NCBI GenBank assembly: GCA_017616055.1
Contig: JAFZYX010000120.1
Coordinates: forward strand, 1 to 44,824
Source: Ruminococcus sp.
Lineage (GTDB): Bacteria; Bacillota; Clostridia; Oscillospirales; Ruminococcaceae
Length of the DNA stretch: 44,824 bases
Direction: 5' to 3'
A model generated the notes under the pieces. The model did no database searches. It was not told where the DNA came from and saw only the letters and a list, made by a program, of their open reading frames with translations. The translations under genes were made by a program, and so were the position numbers. Below, one piece after another: positions 27,036 to 36,186 of this stretch (the first letter of the stretch is position 1; every line of letters starts with the position of its first letter).

Positions 27036-28792
27036 TGAGCGACAAATTCAATGAAGAAAGCTCAGAGGCTCAGCGCAGAGCTGAAAAAATTAAAGCAATC
27101 AGAAGGTCGATTCATAGTGAAGCGGAAGTAGCTCCTACGACCTATGATAATAAAAATGAGACAGAACATACTGAGAGCATATCTGACCGCATATTAAGAG
27201 CCAAAGAAAAGAAAATGGCTACTGCGGCAGACATTATCGAAGAGCTCGACGCTGCAATTGCTTACGAAAAGGCAAGGGCTGAAAGAATGGCCGCAGAAGC
27301 TGCCAAAGCTGCGGAGAAGACATCTGAAGAGTCTTCACCTGATATATCAGATCTGCTTGATGGACTTGAGACCCCCGCACACGAGGAACTTAAAGAGATA
27401 GCGGAGGAGGTCGCAGGCGACTTTACAGAAGTTGCTGATACGGTCACTGATAAGGTTGAAGATTTTACAGAGATTTCCGGTGAGGCAGAAGAAGCAGAAG
27501 ACCTTGAAGAGATCTTTTCAATAAAGCCTGACGAAGAACAGGAAGCAACAAAGGTGCTTTCAAACGTAGACATCGTAAGAGCGGCAAGAGAAGAAAGTGT
27601 TCAGAATACAAAAATAGAGTCTGCTACAGAAAATGATTCGACTGTCGAAAAAATATTAATGCCAGAGCGTAGCAGACATGAGGCACAGCATAGTGAGTAT
27701 GCTCCTAAATCTTTCGGAAATATTTCGGAAGAAGCTGTGTCACCTGAAAAAAAGAAAAAACACAAGAAAAAGAAGAAAAAAAGCTTTAAACAGCGACTTA
27801 TTGATCTTGTTCCACATAAGGGAGACAGCGTCGGCGAGTGCATAAGAAAAGTTGTATTTCTGTGTTCGGTTATTGCAATAGTTGTTTGCGGGTACATGGT
27901 GGGCGATTACTACTATGACCTGTGGTCAAGCAAGAACAAGACCGAGAAAATCATGGAGATTTACGATAATGCAACCGAAAAGAAAGCACCTCCTGTTAAG
28001 GAAAAAGAGGAAGATAAGAGAAAAAGGTATACTTTGCTTGAGGGGGCGCGAAAGCTCCTTGAGATAAATCCAGATATCGTTGGAGTAATCAGTATACCTG
28101 ACACATGTGTGAATAATCCTGTTTTACAGGCTGAAGACAATACCAAGTATCTTTCTATGAAGTATGACCTTACTGAAAACGTAGCTGGAGAGTTATTCCT
28201 CGACTACAGAAATTCATTTGATAAAGTGGATGAAGAAGGTTATCTAAAGTGCAAAAATTCCGATAATCTTGTGATTTATGGACACAATATGTATGATGAC
28301 CAGATGTTCGGATGCTTAAAGTATTATTACAGAAATGAGGAATATTACGGTCTTCATCCTATTATAAATCTCAGTTCTAATTACGAAAACTACCAGTATA
28401 AGATATTTGCTTTTTTCATACTCGACGCTAACGATGATACAGATACAAAGTTTGAATGCTGGAATTATATCGATTTTGACGGCGAGGACGATTTTTACGA
28501 TTTCGTCAACGAGGCTAAGAAAAGAACTATCCGCATCAACGATGTAGACGTCAAGTATGGAGATCAGTTGCTTACACTTTCTACCTGTAATGTCATTTTC
28601 CCTGATGAAAGAGGCCGCCTTATGATACTTGCAAGACAAGTAAGAGACGGAGAAGATCCTCTCGAGGGTACTCAGAACAGTCAGCCAAATCCGAACATAA
28701 AGTGGCCGACAATCTATTATCAGGATCATCCTAACGAGCATTATGATCCTAATGCAGAATTTGTTCCTTACGGTTCAAAGGGAGGAAAGTGA
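27035..28792 (+). CDS. srtB: Class B sortase with a long acidic N-terminal extension
   Basis: TM at ~aa 273-290; FLDYRN, NLVIYGHNM, TLSTC and downstream Arg; RBS GGAGG. Confidence 0.88.
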   Translation: MSDKFNEESSEAQRRAEKIKAIRRSIHSEAEVAPTTYDNKNETEHTESISDRILRAKEKKMATAADIIEELDAAIAYEKARAERMAAEAAKAAEKTSEESSPDISDLLDGLETPAHEELKEIAEEVAGDFTEVADTVTDKVEDFTEISGEAEEAEDLEEIFSIKPDEEQEATKVLSNVDIVRAAREESVQNTKIESATENDSTVEKILMPERSRHEAQHSEYAPKSFGNISEEAVSPEKKKKHKKKKKKSFKQRLIDLVPHKGDSVGECIRKVVFLCSVIAIVVCGYMVGDYYYDLWSSKNKTEKIMEIYDNATEKKAPPVKEKEEDKRKRYTLLEGARKLLEINPDIVGVISIPDTCVNNPVLQAEDNTKYLSMKYDLTENVAGELFLDYRNSFDKVDEEGYLKCKNSDNLVIYGHNMYDDQMFGCLKYYYRNEEYYGLHPIINLSSNYENYQYKIFAFFILDANDDTDTKFECWNYIDFDGEDDFYDFVNEAKKRTIRINDVDVKYGDQLLTLSTCNVIFPDERGRLMILARQVRDGEDPLEGTQNSQPNPNIKWPTIYYQDHPNEHYDPNAEFVPYGSKGGK

Positions 28793-29760
28793 TAAGCATG
28801 AGCAAAGCTATTAAAATCATTTCTGCCTGTGCCGCCTGTGCAGCGGCGATAGGGCTTGGAACCGTTGCTGTTTTGCTTAACAAGGATAAAAAAGCAGTTC
28901 CTACTCCTGTAAATGTACAGCTTACTACTGCTGTTACCGAGCCGCTAGTCGAACTGCCTGAAAAATTGTCGGATAAATATACGTATGTTCCGTCAGAAAC
29001 AGGCGTAAGCGAAAGAACAAAGTCTCTCAAGAGACTTAACAAGGATATTATGGGATATATCAAGATCGACGGTACCCAGGTGGATTATCCTTTCGTACAT
29101 GATCCCGGTGAGGTACCGGCAAACGATCCGTACTACGGACCAGATGCATGGCCTCCAAATATGTTCTATCTTGAAAAGGATCTTTTCAGACAGTACTATG
29201 ACAGAGGAACGCTCTATGCTGATTACAGGGACGTTTTTGGTAGCAACGATCTTGAACACTCTGAGAACTTGGTCATCTATGGTCATAGCTGGTATGACGG
29301 AACTATGATGGGCTCATTGAGAAAATATCGTGCAGGCTTTGATTTCTATAATCAGTATCCGTTTATAAAGCTCAGCTCCAATTACAGGGATTACGATTAT
29401 GTTATATTCGCTTATCTTGTAACGAGCGGCACCTACGATGCTACAGACTTTCATTACTGGAATATGGAAGAAATCGACAGTGAAGAGGAGTTCAACTTCT
29501 ATATCGACTGTTGCAAGCGCACGTGGGGCATTGATACGGGAATAGATGTAAAATATGGTGATAAACTGCTGACGCTATCTACTTGCTATGCAGACTGGGA
29601 TAATTCAAGATTCCTTGTTGTGGCAAGAAGACTGCGAGAAGGGGAGGTCGCAGGAGACCTTAACTCCATTCAGCATACGGAAGCCTTTATCCAGGCTCAG
29701 AAGGAAGCGGCAGAACAAGCCGCAGCCGAACAAGCCGCAGCTGAACAACCACAGCAGTAA
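28789..29760 (+). CDS. srtB: Class B sortase (second paralog)
   Basis: N-terminal TM; IKIDGTQVDYP, ADYR, NLVIYGH, LLTLSTC, RFLVVARR; start GTG 28789 or ATG 28798. Confidence 0.9.
   Translation: MISMSKAIKIISACAACAAAIGLGTVAVLLNKDKKAVPTPVNVQLTTAVTEPLVELPEKLSDKYTYVPSETGVSERTKSLKRLNKDIMGYIKIDGTQVDYPFVHDPGEVPANDPYYGPDAWPPNMFYLEKDLFRQYYDRGTLYADYRDVFGSNDLEHSENLVIYGHSWYDGTMMGSLRKYRAGFDFYNQYPFIKLSSNYRDYDYVIFAYLVTSGTYDATDFHYWNMEEIDSEEEFNFYIDCCKRTWGIDTGIDVKYGDKLLTLSTCYADWDNSRFLVVARRLREGEVAGDLNSIQHTEAFIQAQKEAAEQAAAEQAAAEQPQQ
29713..29750 (+). repeat. 15-bp tandem repeat encoding EQAAA
   Basis: gaacaagccgcagcc gaacaagccgcagct gaacaacc. Confidence 0.8.
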
Positions 29761-29791
29761 GTTCTTTACTAGATAATAAAAGGAGATCGTT

Positions 29792-31093
29792 ATGAAGGTA
29801 CAGACAATGCTTAAAAGAGCAGCAGCTGTCACTTCGGGAGCACTGGTGCTCTCGACTTCTACGGGGATCACTATTGCGGAGGACGGTACAAACGACGCTG
29901 AGACTACTTCCGCCGTGACCGAAACTAACGTGACTGATACAACGTCCGAATTGACGGAAGCTGTTTCTGAAATACTTGATGAACACGCGGAAGAGAAACA
30001 GAATACGCCAGTTGACTGGGAAAAAGCTGACATCAGCGATTACGATTCCAGTCTTACACTTATCAGCTATGAGCTCGCTACTCCTGAAATGGCAAAAGTT
30101 GGCGAGCCTGTTGATCCATACGCTAACCTTTCCGAGGAAGAGCGAAAGGCTCTTGAGGAGACGGTTGTAAAGAAGAAGAATGCACTTAGAAAAGCTACTC
30201 CAACTCTGTCAAAGAATGCGGCGATAAGCCGATCTAAAATACCAACTGCGGTAGAGCTTGTAACTTCTGGAGCTACTGTGGGAGATATTCCGTCCTCACA
30301 GCCTGATCCTACTCTTGAAGCTAAGCCGGGTCAGTTTGCATTTGTTACATATGGTTGGGGACATGGTGTAGGAATGAGCCAGAATGGTGCTAATTTCTAT
30401 GCAGCATATGCAGGGTGGACATACCAGGATATCCTGTATCATTACTACCCGGGTACTGAGCTTATGAATACAGGAGAGACTGATGAGGAGGAGCTTACAA
30501 TAGCTCACAAGCCCGCAGGTGATACTCTTAAAGTGGTCTCGGAAATCGTAAATCGCGAGGTCGGAGGAAGCTTCTCATATGAAGCAATCAAGGCTCAGGC
30601 AGTTGCCGTATATACTTTTATGAAGTATCATAACGATGACTCAAGCGACCTTAGAGCTAAACCTGATCCTCCACAGATTGTTATAGATGCCTGCAATGAG
30701 GTTCTGGGCGAAGCTCTATTCTACGACGGCAGTTATGCACTTACAGTATTCTCTGCGTCAAGCGGTGGTTGCTCGGCAAACTGCTATGAGGTATTCTATG
30801 AAGACCGTCCGTATCTTAGAAGCGTACCCAGTGATTATGATGCTGCGTTTGATCCGCACTGGGGAACAGTGACATATATGGATGCTACTGAGGTAAAGAG
30901 TAAGATTGAAAAGGCTTACCACCTCACGCTCTCAGATGATCCTGCAAACTGGATACAGCCTGTATATTCAGAGGAGACAGGCTATGTAACAGAAGTCAAT
31001 ATTGACGGACAGAAGACGATAAAGGGTTATCCGTTTTCATTGACTCTGGGACTCAAATCCTCAAAATTCAATCTTACATATACAAATGATTGA
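29792..31093 (+). CDS. Secreted SpoIID/LytB-family peptidoglycan lytic transglycosylase, circularly permuted
   Basis: Signal peptide; GWGHGVGMSQNGA...ILYHYYPG, EV...EAIKAQAVA, SSGG, PYLRSVPS and LKSSKF motifs; RBS AAGGAG. Confidence 0.85.
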   Translation: MKVQTMLKRAAAVTSGALVLSTSTGITIAEDGTNDAETTSAVTETNVTDTTSELTEAVSEILDEHAEEKQNTPVDWEKADISDYDSSLTLISYELATPEMAKVGEPVDPYANLSEEERKALEETVVKKKNALRKATPTLSKNAAISRSKIPTAVELVTSGATVGDIPSSQPDPTLEAKPGQFAFVTYGWGHGVGMSQNGANFYAAYAGWTYQDILYHYYPGTELMNTGETDEEELTIAHKPAGDTLKVVSEIVNREVGGSFSYEAIKAQAVAVYTFMKYHNDDSSDLRAKPDPPQIVIDACNEVLGEALFYDGSYALTVFSASSGGCSANCYEVFYEDRPYLRSVPSDYDAAFDPHWGTVTYMDATEVKSKIEKAYHLTLSDDPANWIQPVYSEETGYVTEVNIDGQKTIKGYPFSLTLGLKSSKFNLTYTND

Positions 31094-31136
31094 TAAATGG
31101 CTATAAGCCAATATAGATACAGTATTACAGAACAAA

Positions 31137-31202
31137 AGAAATAAGTCTTTGGATAGAAAAGAGGCATAGCCTTAGTGTATCCGGAGGCTTATTTCTCCTT
31201 TT
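31137..31202 (+). terminator. Long hairpin, probable terminator of the sortase-SpoIID operon
   Basis: agaaataagtctttggata/tatccggaggcttatttct stem with G-U pairs, followed by cctttt. Confidence 0.65.
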
Positions 31203-31203
31203 G

Positions 31204-31472
31204 GGTGATGAAAGGTGAAGCTGAGAGGTGAAAAAAACCTTAAAAATACTCCAAAAGGTGAAAAAAGGTGAAAAACTTAGCAAAATAAATTAACAATGAC
31301 AAAAACGTTTGTTCTGCTTTAGGTTAATGTTTGAACAAAATCAACAAAATATCGCGGATTATTGCGTTAACTCTTGTAGAAAACTCCATCTTGACCTCAA
31401 CTCTGAATAATGGTAAAATATGTTTAGGGTGAAAAAAGGTGATTGGAAGTGAAATTTTCCAAATTAGGGTGA
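31204..31472 (+). promoter_or_regulatory. dcw promoter and putative MraZ operator repeats
   Basis: TTGACC (31391), 17 bp, TG-n-TAAAAT (31414-31419); GGTGA direct repeats at 31204, 31214, 31227, 31257, 31267, 31428, 31438, 31448 (AGTGA) and 31468. Confidence 0.8.
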
Positions 31473-31512
31473 AACAGTCCTAAGAGTTTGCAAGAAAGAG
31501 AGGCGAAGTTCG

Positions 31513-31944
31513 ATGGCAGATCTGTTGTGCGGTACTTATTATCCAAGCATAGATCAGAAGGGCCGTATGAGCTTCCCGACAAAGTTGCGCGAAATACTCG
31601 GTGCAGAGTTCTTCCTCTGCCAGGGACATGATGACGCCTATATCGCCGTATACTCGCCAGAGGCATTTCAGGAATATTGTCAGACTCTTAATTCCATACC
31701 AGGCAAGAAGGGAAGCGACATAAGACGTAAGCTTCTTGCAGGTGCTGATAAGCAGGTCCCAGATAAGCAGGGACGTATCTTTATCACGCAGCAGCTCAGA
31801 GATCATGCAGGTATAACTGACGAAGTAGTCGTTATCGGTGCAAACAGAAGAGCTGAGATATGGAATAAGTCCAGATGGGAAGAATTCAATAGCAATATTT
31901 CGCAGGATGAGATCAACGATGTGCTTGCTGATCTGGTTCTGTGA
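31513..31944 (+). CDS. mraZ: Division/cell wall cluster transcriptional regulator MraZ
   Basis: Two DxxGR motifs (DQKGR, DKQGR), EIW; first gene of dcw. Confidence 0.93.
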   Translation: MADLLCGTYYPSIDQKGRMSFPTKLREILGAEFFLCQGHDDAYIAVYSPEAFQEYCQTLNSIPGKKGSDIRRKLLAGADKQVPDKQGRIFITQQLRDHAGITDEVVVIGANRRAEIWNKSRWEEFNSNISQDEINDVLADLVL

Positions 31945-32001
31945 TCAGACGTTTTTGTCTTTGTGTCCGATATACATCGGAACTAAGGAGAGAAATATCT
32001 A

Positions 32002-32943
32002 ATGGAATTCAGCCACATACCTGTAATGTTAGAGGAATGTATGGATGGGCTTGATATACGTCCGGACGGTATCTATGTTGACGGTACCGCAGGAGGCGCA
32101 GGCCACTCCTCTGCAATTGCTGCCAGATTAAATGAAAAAGGCAGACTTATCGCTCTTGACAGAGATCCTGACGCAGTCGCAGTTGCGACAGAACGTCTAT
32201 CTGTCTATCCCAATGCAAGGGTGTATCACAGAAATTACTCTGAGATAAGGGCGGTCCTCGATGAACTTGATATAGATTATGCTGATGGTATCCTTATGGA
32301 TCTTGGTGTATCTTCATTTCAGCTTGACGAGGGAAGCAGAGGCTTTTCATACCACTCCGATGCTCCGCTTGATATGAGAATGAGCAAGGAGGGCATGAGC
32401 GCAGCTGATGTTGTGAATACCTATTCTGAATCCGAGCTTGCAAGAATAATATTCGAGTACGGGGAAGAAAAATTCTCCAGAAGAATTGCCTCGAATATAG
32501 TCATCGCAAGAGAGGCTTCTCCGATAGAAACAACATTACAGCTTGCAGATATAATAAGAGACAGTGTTCCTCAGAAGGCTAGAAGAGAAAAAAACCCTTG
32601 TAAAAAGACCTTTCAGGCAATAAGAATAGCGGTAAACGGAGAATTTGAGCACCTTGAAAAAGGACTCGAGGACGCATTCTTCAGTCTGAGAGTGGGAGGA
32701 CGCCTTGCAGTTATTACCTTCCATTCCTTAGAGGACAGGATAGTAAAGAAAAAGTTCGCGGAATGGTGCAGAGGCTGTATTTGTCCGCCTGATTTTCCCC
32801 AATGTGTATGTGGACGCAAGCCACTGGGAAAACTTGTGAACAGAAAGCCCTTAGAGGCAAAAGAACAAGAACTTGAAAGAAACAACAGAAGCAGAAGCGC
32901 AAAGCTCAGAATAATAGAAAGGAGTGCGGAAAGCAATGGCTGA
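32002..32943 (+). CDS. rsmH: 16S rRNA m4C1402 methyltransferase RsmH
   Basis: HIPVML, DGTAGGAGHS, DLGVSSFQLD, PLDMRM, FHSLEDRIVK, RSRSAKLR. Confidence 0.97.
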   Translation: MEFSHIPVMLEECMDGLDIRPDGIYVDGTAGGAGHSSAIAARLNEKGRLIALDRDPDAVAVATERLSVYPNARVYHRNYSEIRAVLDELDIDYADGILMDLGVSSFQLDEGSRGFSYHSDAPLDMRMSKEGMSAADVVNTYSESELARIIFEYGEEKFSRRIASNIVIAREASPIETTLQLADIIRDSVPQKARREKNPCKKTFQAIRIAVNGEFEHLEKGLEDAFFSLRVGGRLAVITFHSLEDRIVKKKFAEWCRGCICPPDFPQCVCGRKPLGKLVNRKPLEAKEQELERNNRSRSAKLRIIERSAESNG

Positions 32944-33439
32944 AAACACTGTACGCTATTATTATACGGATGAAAGCTACGACGGCGCCAATGATGACGA
33001 TACCACTGAGAATGGCGATGTTGTGCGCGATGATGCTGAGCGTAAGCAGGAGATACGTATGACAAAGAATGAAGCCCGAAGCGGTTCATTGATTACGATT
33101 ATTTTCGTATCTCTCTTAGCTGCCGCACTGCTCGGTTCGGTTATTTACTCGCTTGATAGACGTAACACGATGTATAATAAAGTGTATGCTCTGAACGAGA
33201 AGCTTGAAAATGCCGCAGCCGAAAATGTAAGACTCCAGTCTGAACTTGAAGGTAAGGTATCTGCCAAGAGGATAGAGGAATATGCAGCATCCCTTGGAAT
33301 GGAGAAGATAAACTCTTCTCAGATAAATTACATAAAAATACAGACGGGTGATGTCGTAACTATTCCAGAAAAAGAAAAAGGTCTGATTGCGAAAATAAAG
33401 TCCTTTTTCGATAAGTGTGTGGAATATTTCAGAGGGTAG
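32936..33439 (+). CDS. ftsL: FtsL-like cell division protein
   Basis: Single TM, coiled coil, IEEYA..LGM motif; position between rsmH and the PBP gene. Confidence 0.75.
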   Translation: MAENTVRYYYTDESYDGANDDDTTENGDVVRDDAERKQEIRMTKNEARSGSLITIIFVSLLAAALLGSVIYSLDRRNTMYNKVYALNEKLENAAAENVRLQSELEGKVSAKRIEEYAASLGMEKINSSQINYIKIQTGDVVTIPEKEKGLIAKIKSFFDKCVEYFRG

Positions 33440-33466
33440 TACTAATATAAATATAAAAAGATGGAC

Positions 33467-33728
33467 TGCCCCGTATAAAATGAATACTATCGGCAACCTG
33501 AAAAATATATAACTGCCGAAGTCATATGTAGAACAAGGAGATACAGCGGGTGATCAATTAAGGAATGGCAGTTCCCGGGCTCTGTGCGTGAAATTGAGGG
33601 TTCGGGAACGGCGGTTCCACGCTTGAATAGCGATAAATCCTTCGTCGTATCAAAAGAAAAGGACATCCGGAAAGAAAAATAAGATGTTCAGAGGCGGGGC
33701 ATACAAACACCCTGCCTTTCTTTATTTA
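33467..33728 (+). ncRNA. Candidate structured cis-acting RNA or sRNA ending in an intrinsic terminator
   Basis: Several nested stems with G-U pairs on the + strand, including a ~22-bp hairpin (33562-33618) and a terminator (33691-33728); no credible ORF. Confidence 0.5.
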
Positions 33729-33762
33729 TATATACTGTTAATCACGGAAGGAAGAATTTTCA

Positions 33763-36186
33763 GTGATAAATACAAATCCGTCAAATGCAATGCGGTTCAG
33801 AACCAAATTTGTAATGACTGCTGTTTTCAGCATTCTTTTTACGGCAGTTGCCGCGAATTTCTTCAAGATATCGGTTCTTGAAAACAAGGAGTATCAGGAA
33901 AAGGCTAATGATCAGCATTTTGCTTCAATATCCATAACGGCTCACAGAGGCTCGATATATGATAAAAATGGAGTTGCCCTAGCGAAGAGTGCAACGGTAT
34001 ATACGGTCTTTGTAGATCCTAAGCAGTTCAAAGAGGACAAGAAAAGACTTTCAAATCTCATTGAAAAGCGTAACCTTGATAAAGCAAACGGAACTTATGT
34101 ACCAAAGTATGATGAGGAAGGCAAAGAGATTGACGCTCTTCCTGCATCTATAGATGAGGTAATAGACCAAGTTACCGAATTTGTTTCGGTAAAACTTGAG
34201 ATTTCTCAAAGAAAGTTCAGAGATGCAATTGAAAAGGAAGGACAATACGTAAAGCTCAAGGAAAAAGTGGAAAAGAATACAGTTGATGAGATATCTCAAT
34301 ATTTTGATGACTTAGGATTCATTTCCATAGGATATGATGAGGATACAAAGCGCTATTATCCTCAGCAGGATCTCGCAGCAAGCGTTGTTGGTTACACAAA
34401 CGGTAACGTTTCCTACGGAGTAGAGGCATATTATGACGAATACCTTTCAGGTATAGATGGAAGAACTATTTCTGCAAAAGATTCTCATGGAAACGCACTT
34501 CCGTACAAATATTCAAAGACTTACGATCCAAAGGATGGTTCGGATGTATACCTCACTATCGACAGAGAGATACAGTATATTCTTGAAAAGCATCTTAAGG
34601 AAATGTCTGACGAACATTATATCAAAAACCGTGCATGCGCCATACTTATGAATCCAAAAACAGGTGCTGTAATGGGAATGGCAACGTATCCTAGTTACGA
34701 TCTCAACAATACTGGAGAACTGAACACGGATATGCTCCTTGAAAAGATATATGCCGAAGAAAATAAATACAATCCAACGGAAAAGGAAATGGAGGAGTTT
34801 GAAGCCGAGGCTCTTGAAAGACAGAAGAGAAACAAGTGTATTAGTGAGCGCTATGAGCCTGGTTCTGTATTTAAGGTAATAACCGCTGCAGCTACTCTTG
34901 AAGAAAAGACCATTGATACTGAAAAATGGTCACATTACTGTAGTGGTGTTGAAAGACTTATGGATGGAAACAGACCCTTTGATATACATTGTCATGAAAG
35001 ATATACAGGCCACGGAGTTGTGAACTTCCAGGATGCACTTACCAAATCCTGTAATCCTGCGTTCATGGAACTGGGAAAGATACTTGGAGCAGACAGGTTC
35101 CACAGTTATTTCGAGGCTTTCGGCTTCCTTGAAGAAACAGGTATTGATCTGCCTGCTGAAGCTTACGGCGATATTCCACCGCTTGTAAAAACGGACAGCA
35201 GAGAAGCAATGTCACATATTGATCTAGCATATTCATCATTTGGACAGTGCGAGACTGTTACTCCTATAGAGCTTATTACGGCGTGCAGTGCTGTTGTCAA
35301 TGGCGGATATTTACTCAAGCCATATGTAGTCGACAAGGTGGTTGACGGTGACGGAAACATAGTCCTTAAGAATGAGCGTACTGTAAGACGTCAGGTAATA
35401 TCCGAAGATACTTCAGAAAAAATGCGTCAGGCTCTCGAAAATGTTGTTAATGGTAACAAAACAGGCAATGTTTATATAAAGGGTTACGCTATAGGTGGAA
35501 AGTCGGGTACTTCAGAGCGACGCAGCGAAAAAGAAGTTATGCGTAATGATATCGATAATAACGATACTGAGGGAACAGGAATGGAGTACGGAGCTTCATA
35601 CATGTGCTTTGCACCAGCGGATGATCCTGAACTCATTCTTCTTGTTCTCGGTGATATGCCATATGCAGGCAATCAGCAGTACTACGGAAGCAGTGTGGCT
35701 AAGCCTTGCGCTGCAAACATTCTTGAAGAAATTCTTCCATACCTCGGCATAAACCCTGAGTACAACGAGCAGGAACGTGAGAATCTTGATATCAAAGTTC
35801 CTATACTTACGGGTTCAAGTATTGATGATGCTATAAAGCAGCTTGATGAAAAGGGTATAAAGCACAAGGAGTTCGGCAATGGTATCGAAGTTGTTGAGCA
35901 GTCGCCTATGACCGGTAAATCTATGGCCAAAGATGGATGTATATACTTGTATACCGAAAAGCTAAGCGAAAGCGAAAAAATGGTTCAGGTACCATATCTT
36001 ATAGGAGTTTCGCCTCAGGTCGCTAATGAATCTTTGAGTGCCTATGATCTCAATTATGTGGCAAAGGGTGTTCTTAGTGCACAGGACGGTACAGCCGTCA
36101 AAAAACAAAGCTATGATGGCGGTACTTATGTTCCGAGAGGAACTGTTATCGAGCTCGAATTTGAGACTGAAACATTTACCGACTAA
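33763..36186 (+). CDS. Class B PBP with C-terminal PASTA domains (FtsI/SpoVD-like)
   Basis: RGSIYD, RYYP, YGVE, EPGSVFK, SCN, KSGT, two PASTA-like repeats; start GTG 33763 or ATG 33790. Confidence 0.92.
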   Translation: MINTNPSNAMRFRTKFVMTAVFSILFTAVAANFFKISVLENKEYQEKANDQHFASISITAHRGSIYDKNGVALAKSATVYTVFVDPKQFKEDKKRLSNLIEKRNLDKANGTYVPKYDEEGKEIDALPASIDEVIDQVTEFVSVKLEISQRKFRDAIEKEGQYVKLKEKVEKNTVDEISQYFDDLGFISIGYDEDTKRYYPQQDLAASVVGYTNGNVSYGVEAYYDEYLSGIDGRTISAKDSHGNALPYKYSKTYDPKDGSDVYLTIDREIQYILEKHLKEMSDEHYIKNRACAILMNPKTGAVMGMATYPSYDLNNTGELNTDMLLEKIYAEENKYNPTEKEMEEFEAEALERQKRNKCISERYEPGSVFKVITAAATLEEKTIDTEKWSHYCSGVERLMDGNRPFDIHCHERYTGHGVVNFQDALTKSCNPAFMELGKILGADRFHSYFEAFGFLEETGIDLPAEAYGDIPPLVKTDSREAMSHIDLAYSSFGQCETVTPIELITACSAVVNGGYLLKPYVVDKVVDGDGNIVLKNERTVRRQVISEDTSEKMRQALENVVNGNKTGNVYIKGYAIGGKSGTSERRSEKEVMRNDIDNNDTEGTGMEYGASYMCFAPADDPELILLVLGDMPYAGNQQYYGSSVAKPCAANILEEILPYLGINPEYNEQERENLDIKVPILTGSSIDDAIKQLDEKGIKHKEFGNGIEVVEQSPMTGKSMAKDGCIYLYTEKLSESEKMVQVPYLIGVSPQVANESLSAYDLNYVAKGVLSAQDGTAVKKQSYDGGTYVPRGTVIELEFETETFTD

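Noticed and set aside
33606-33617. GAAC-ggcg-GTTC resembling a LexA box
   Set aside because: Spacer does not fit RNRY and the bases are explained by the 3' arm of the long hairpin
33440-33762. Assignment to T-box, lysine, cobalamin, c-di-AMP or c-di-GMP riboswitch, 6S RNA, SRP RNA or a group II intron remnant
   Set aside because: Only isolated words match (tgccgaa, gaatag, ctgcccc, ccggaa, gtgcg); ordered core motifs are not visible; cmscan is needed
33684-33881. 65 aa ORF overlapping the PBP start
   Set aside because: No RBS, spans the terminator hairpin and overlaps the PBP gene out of frame
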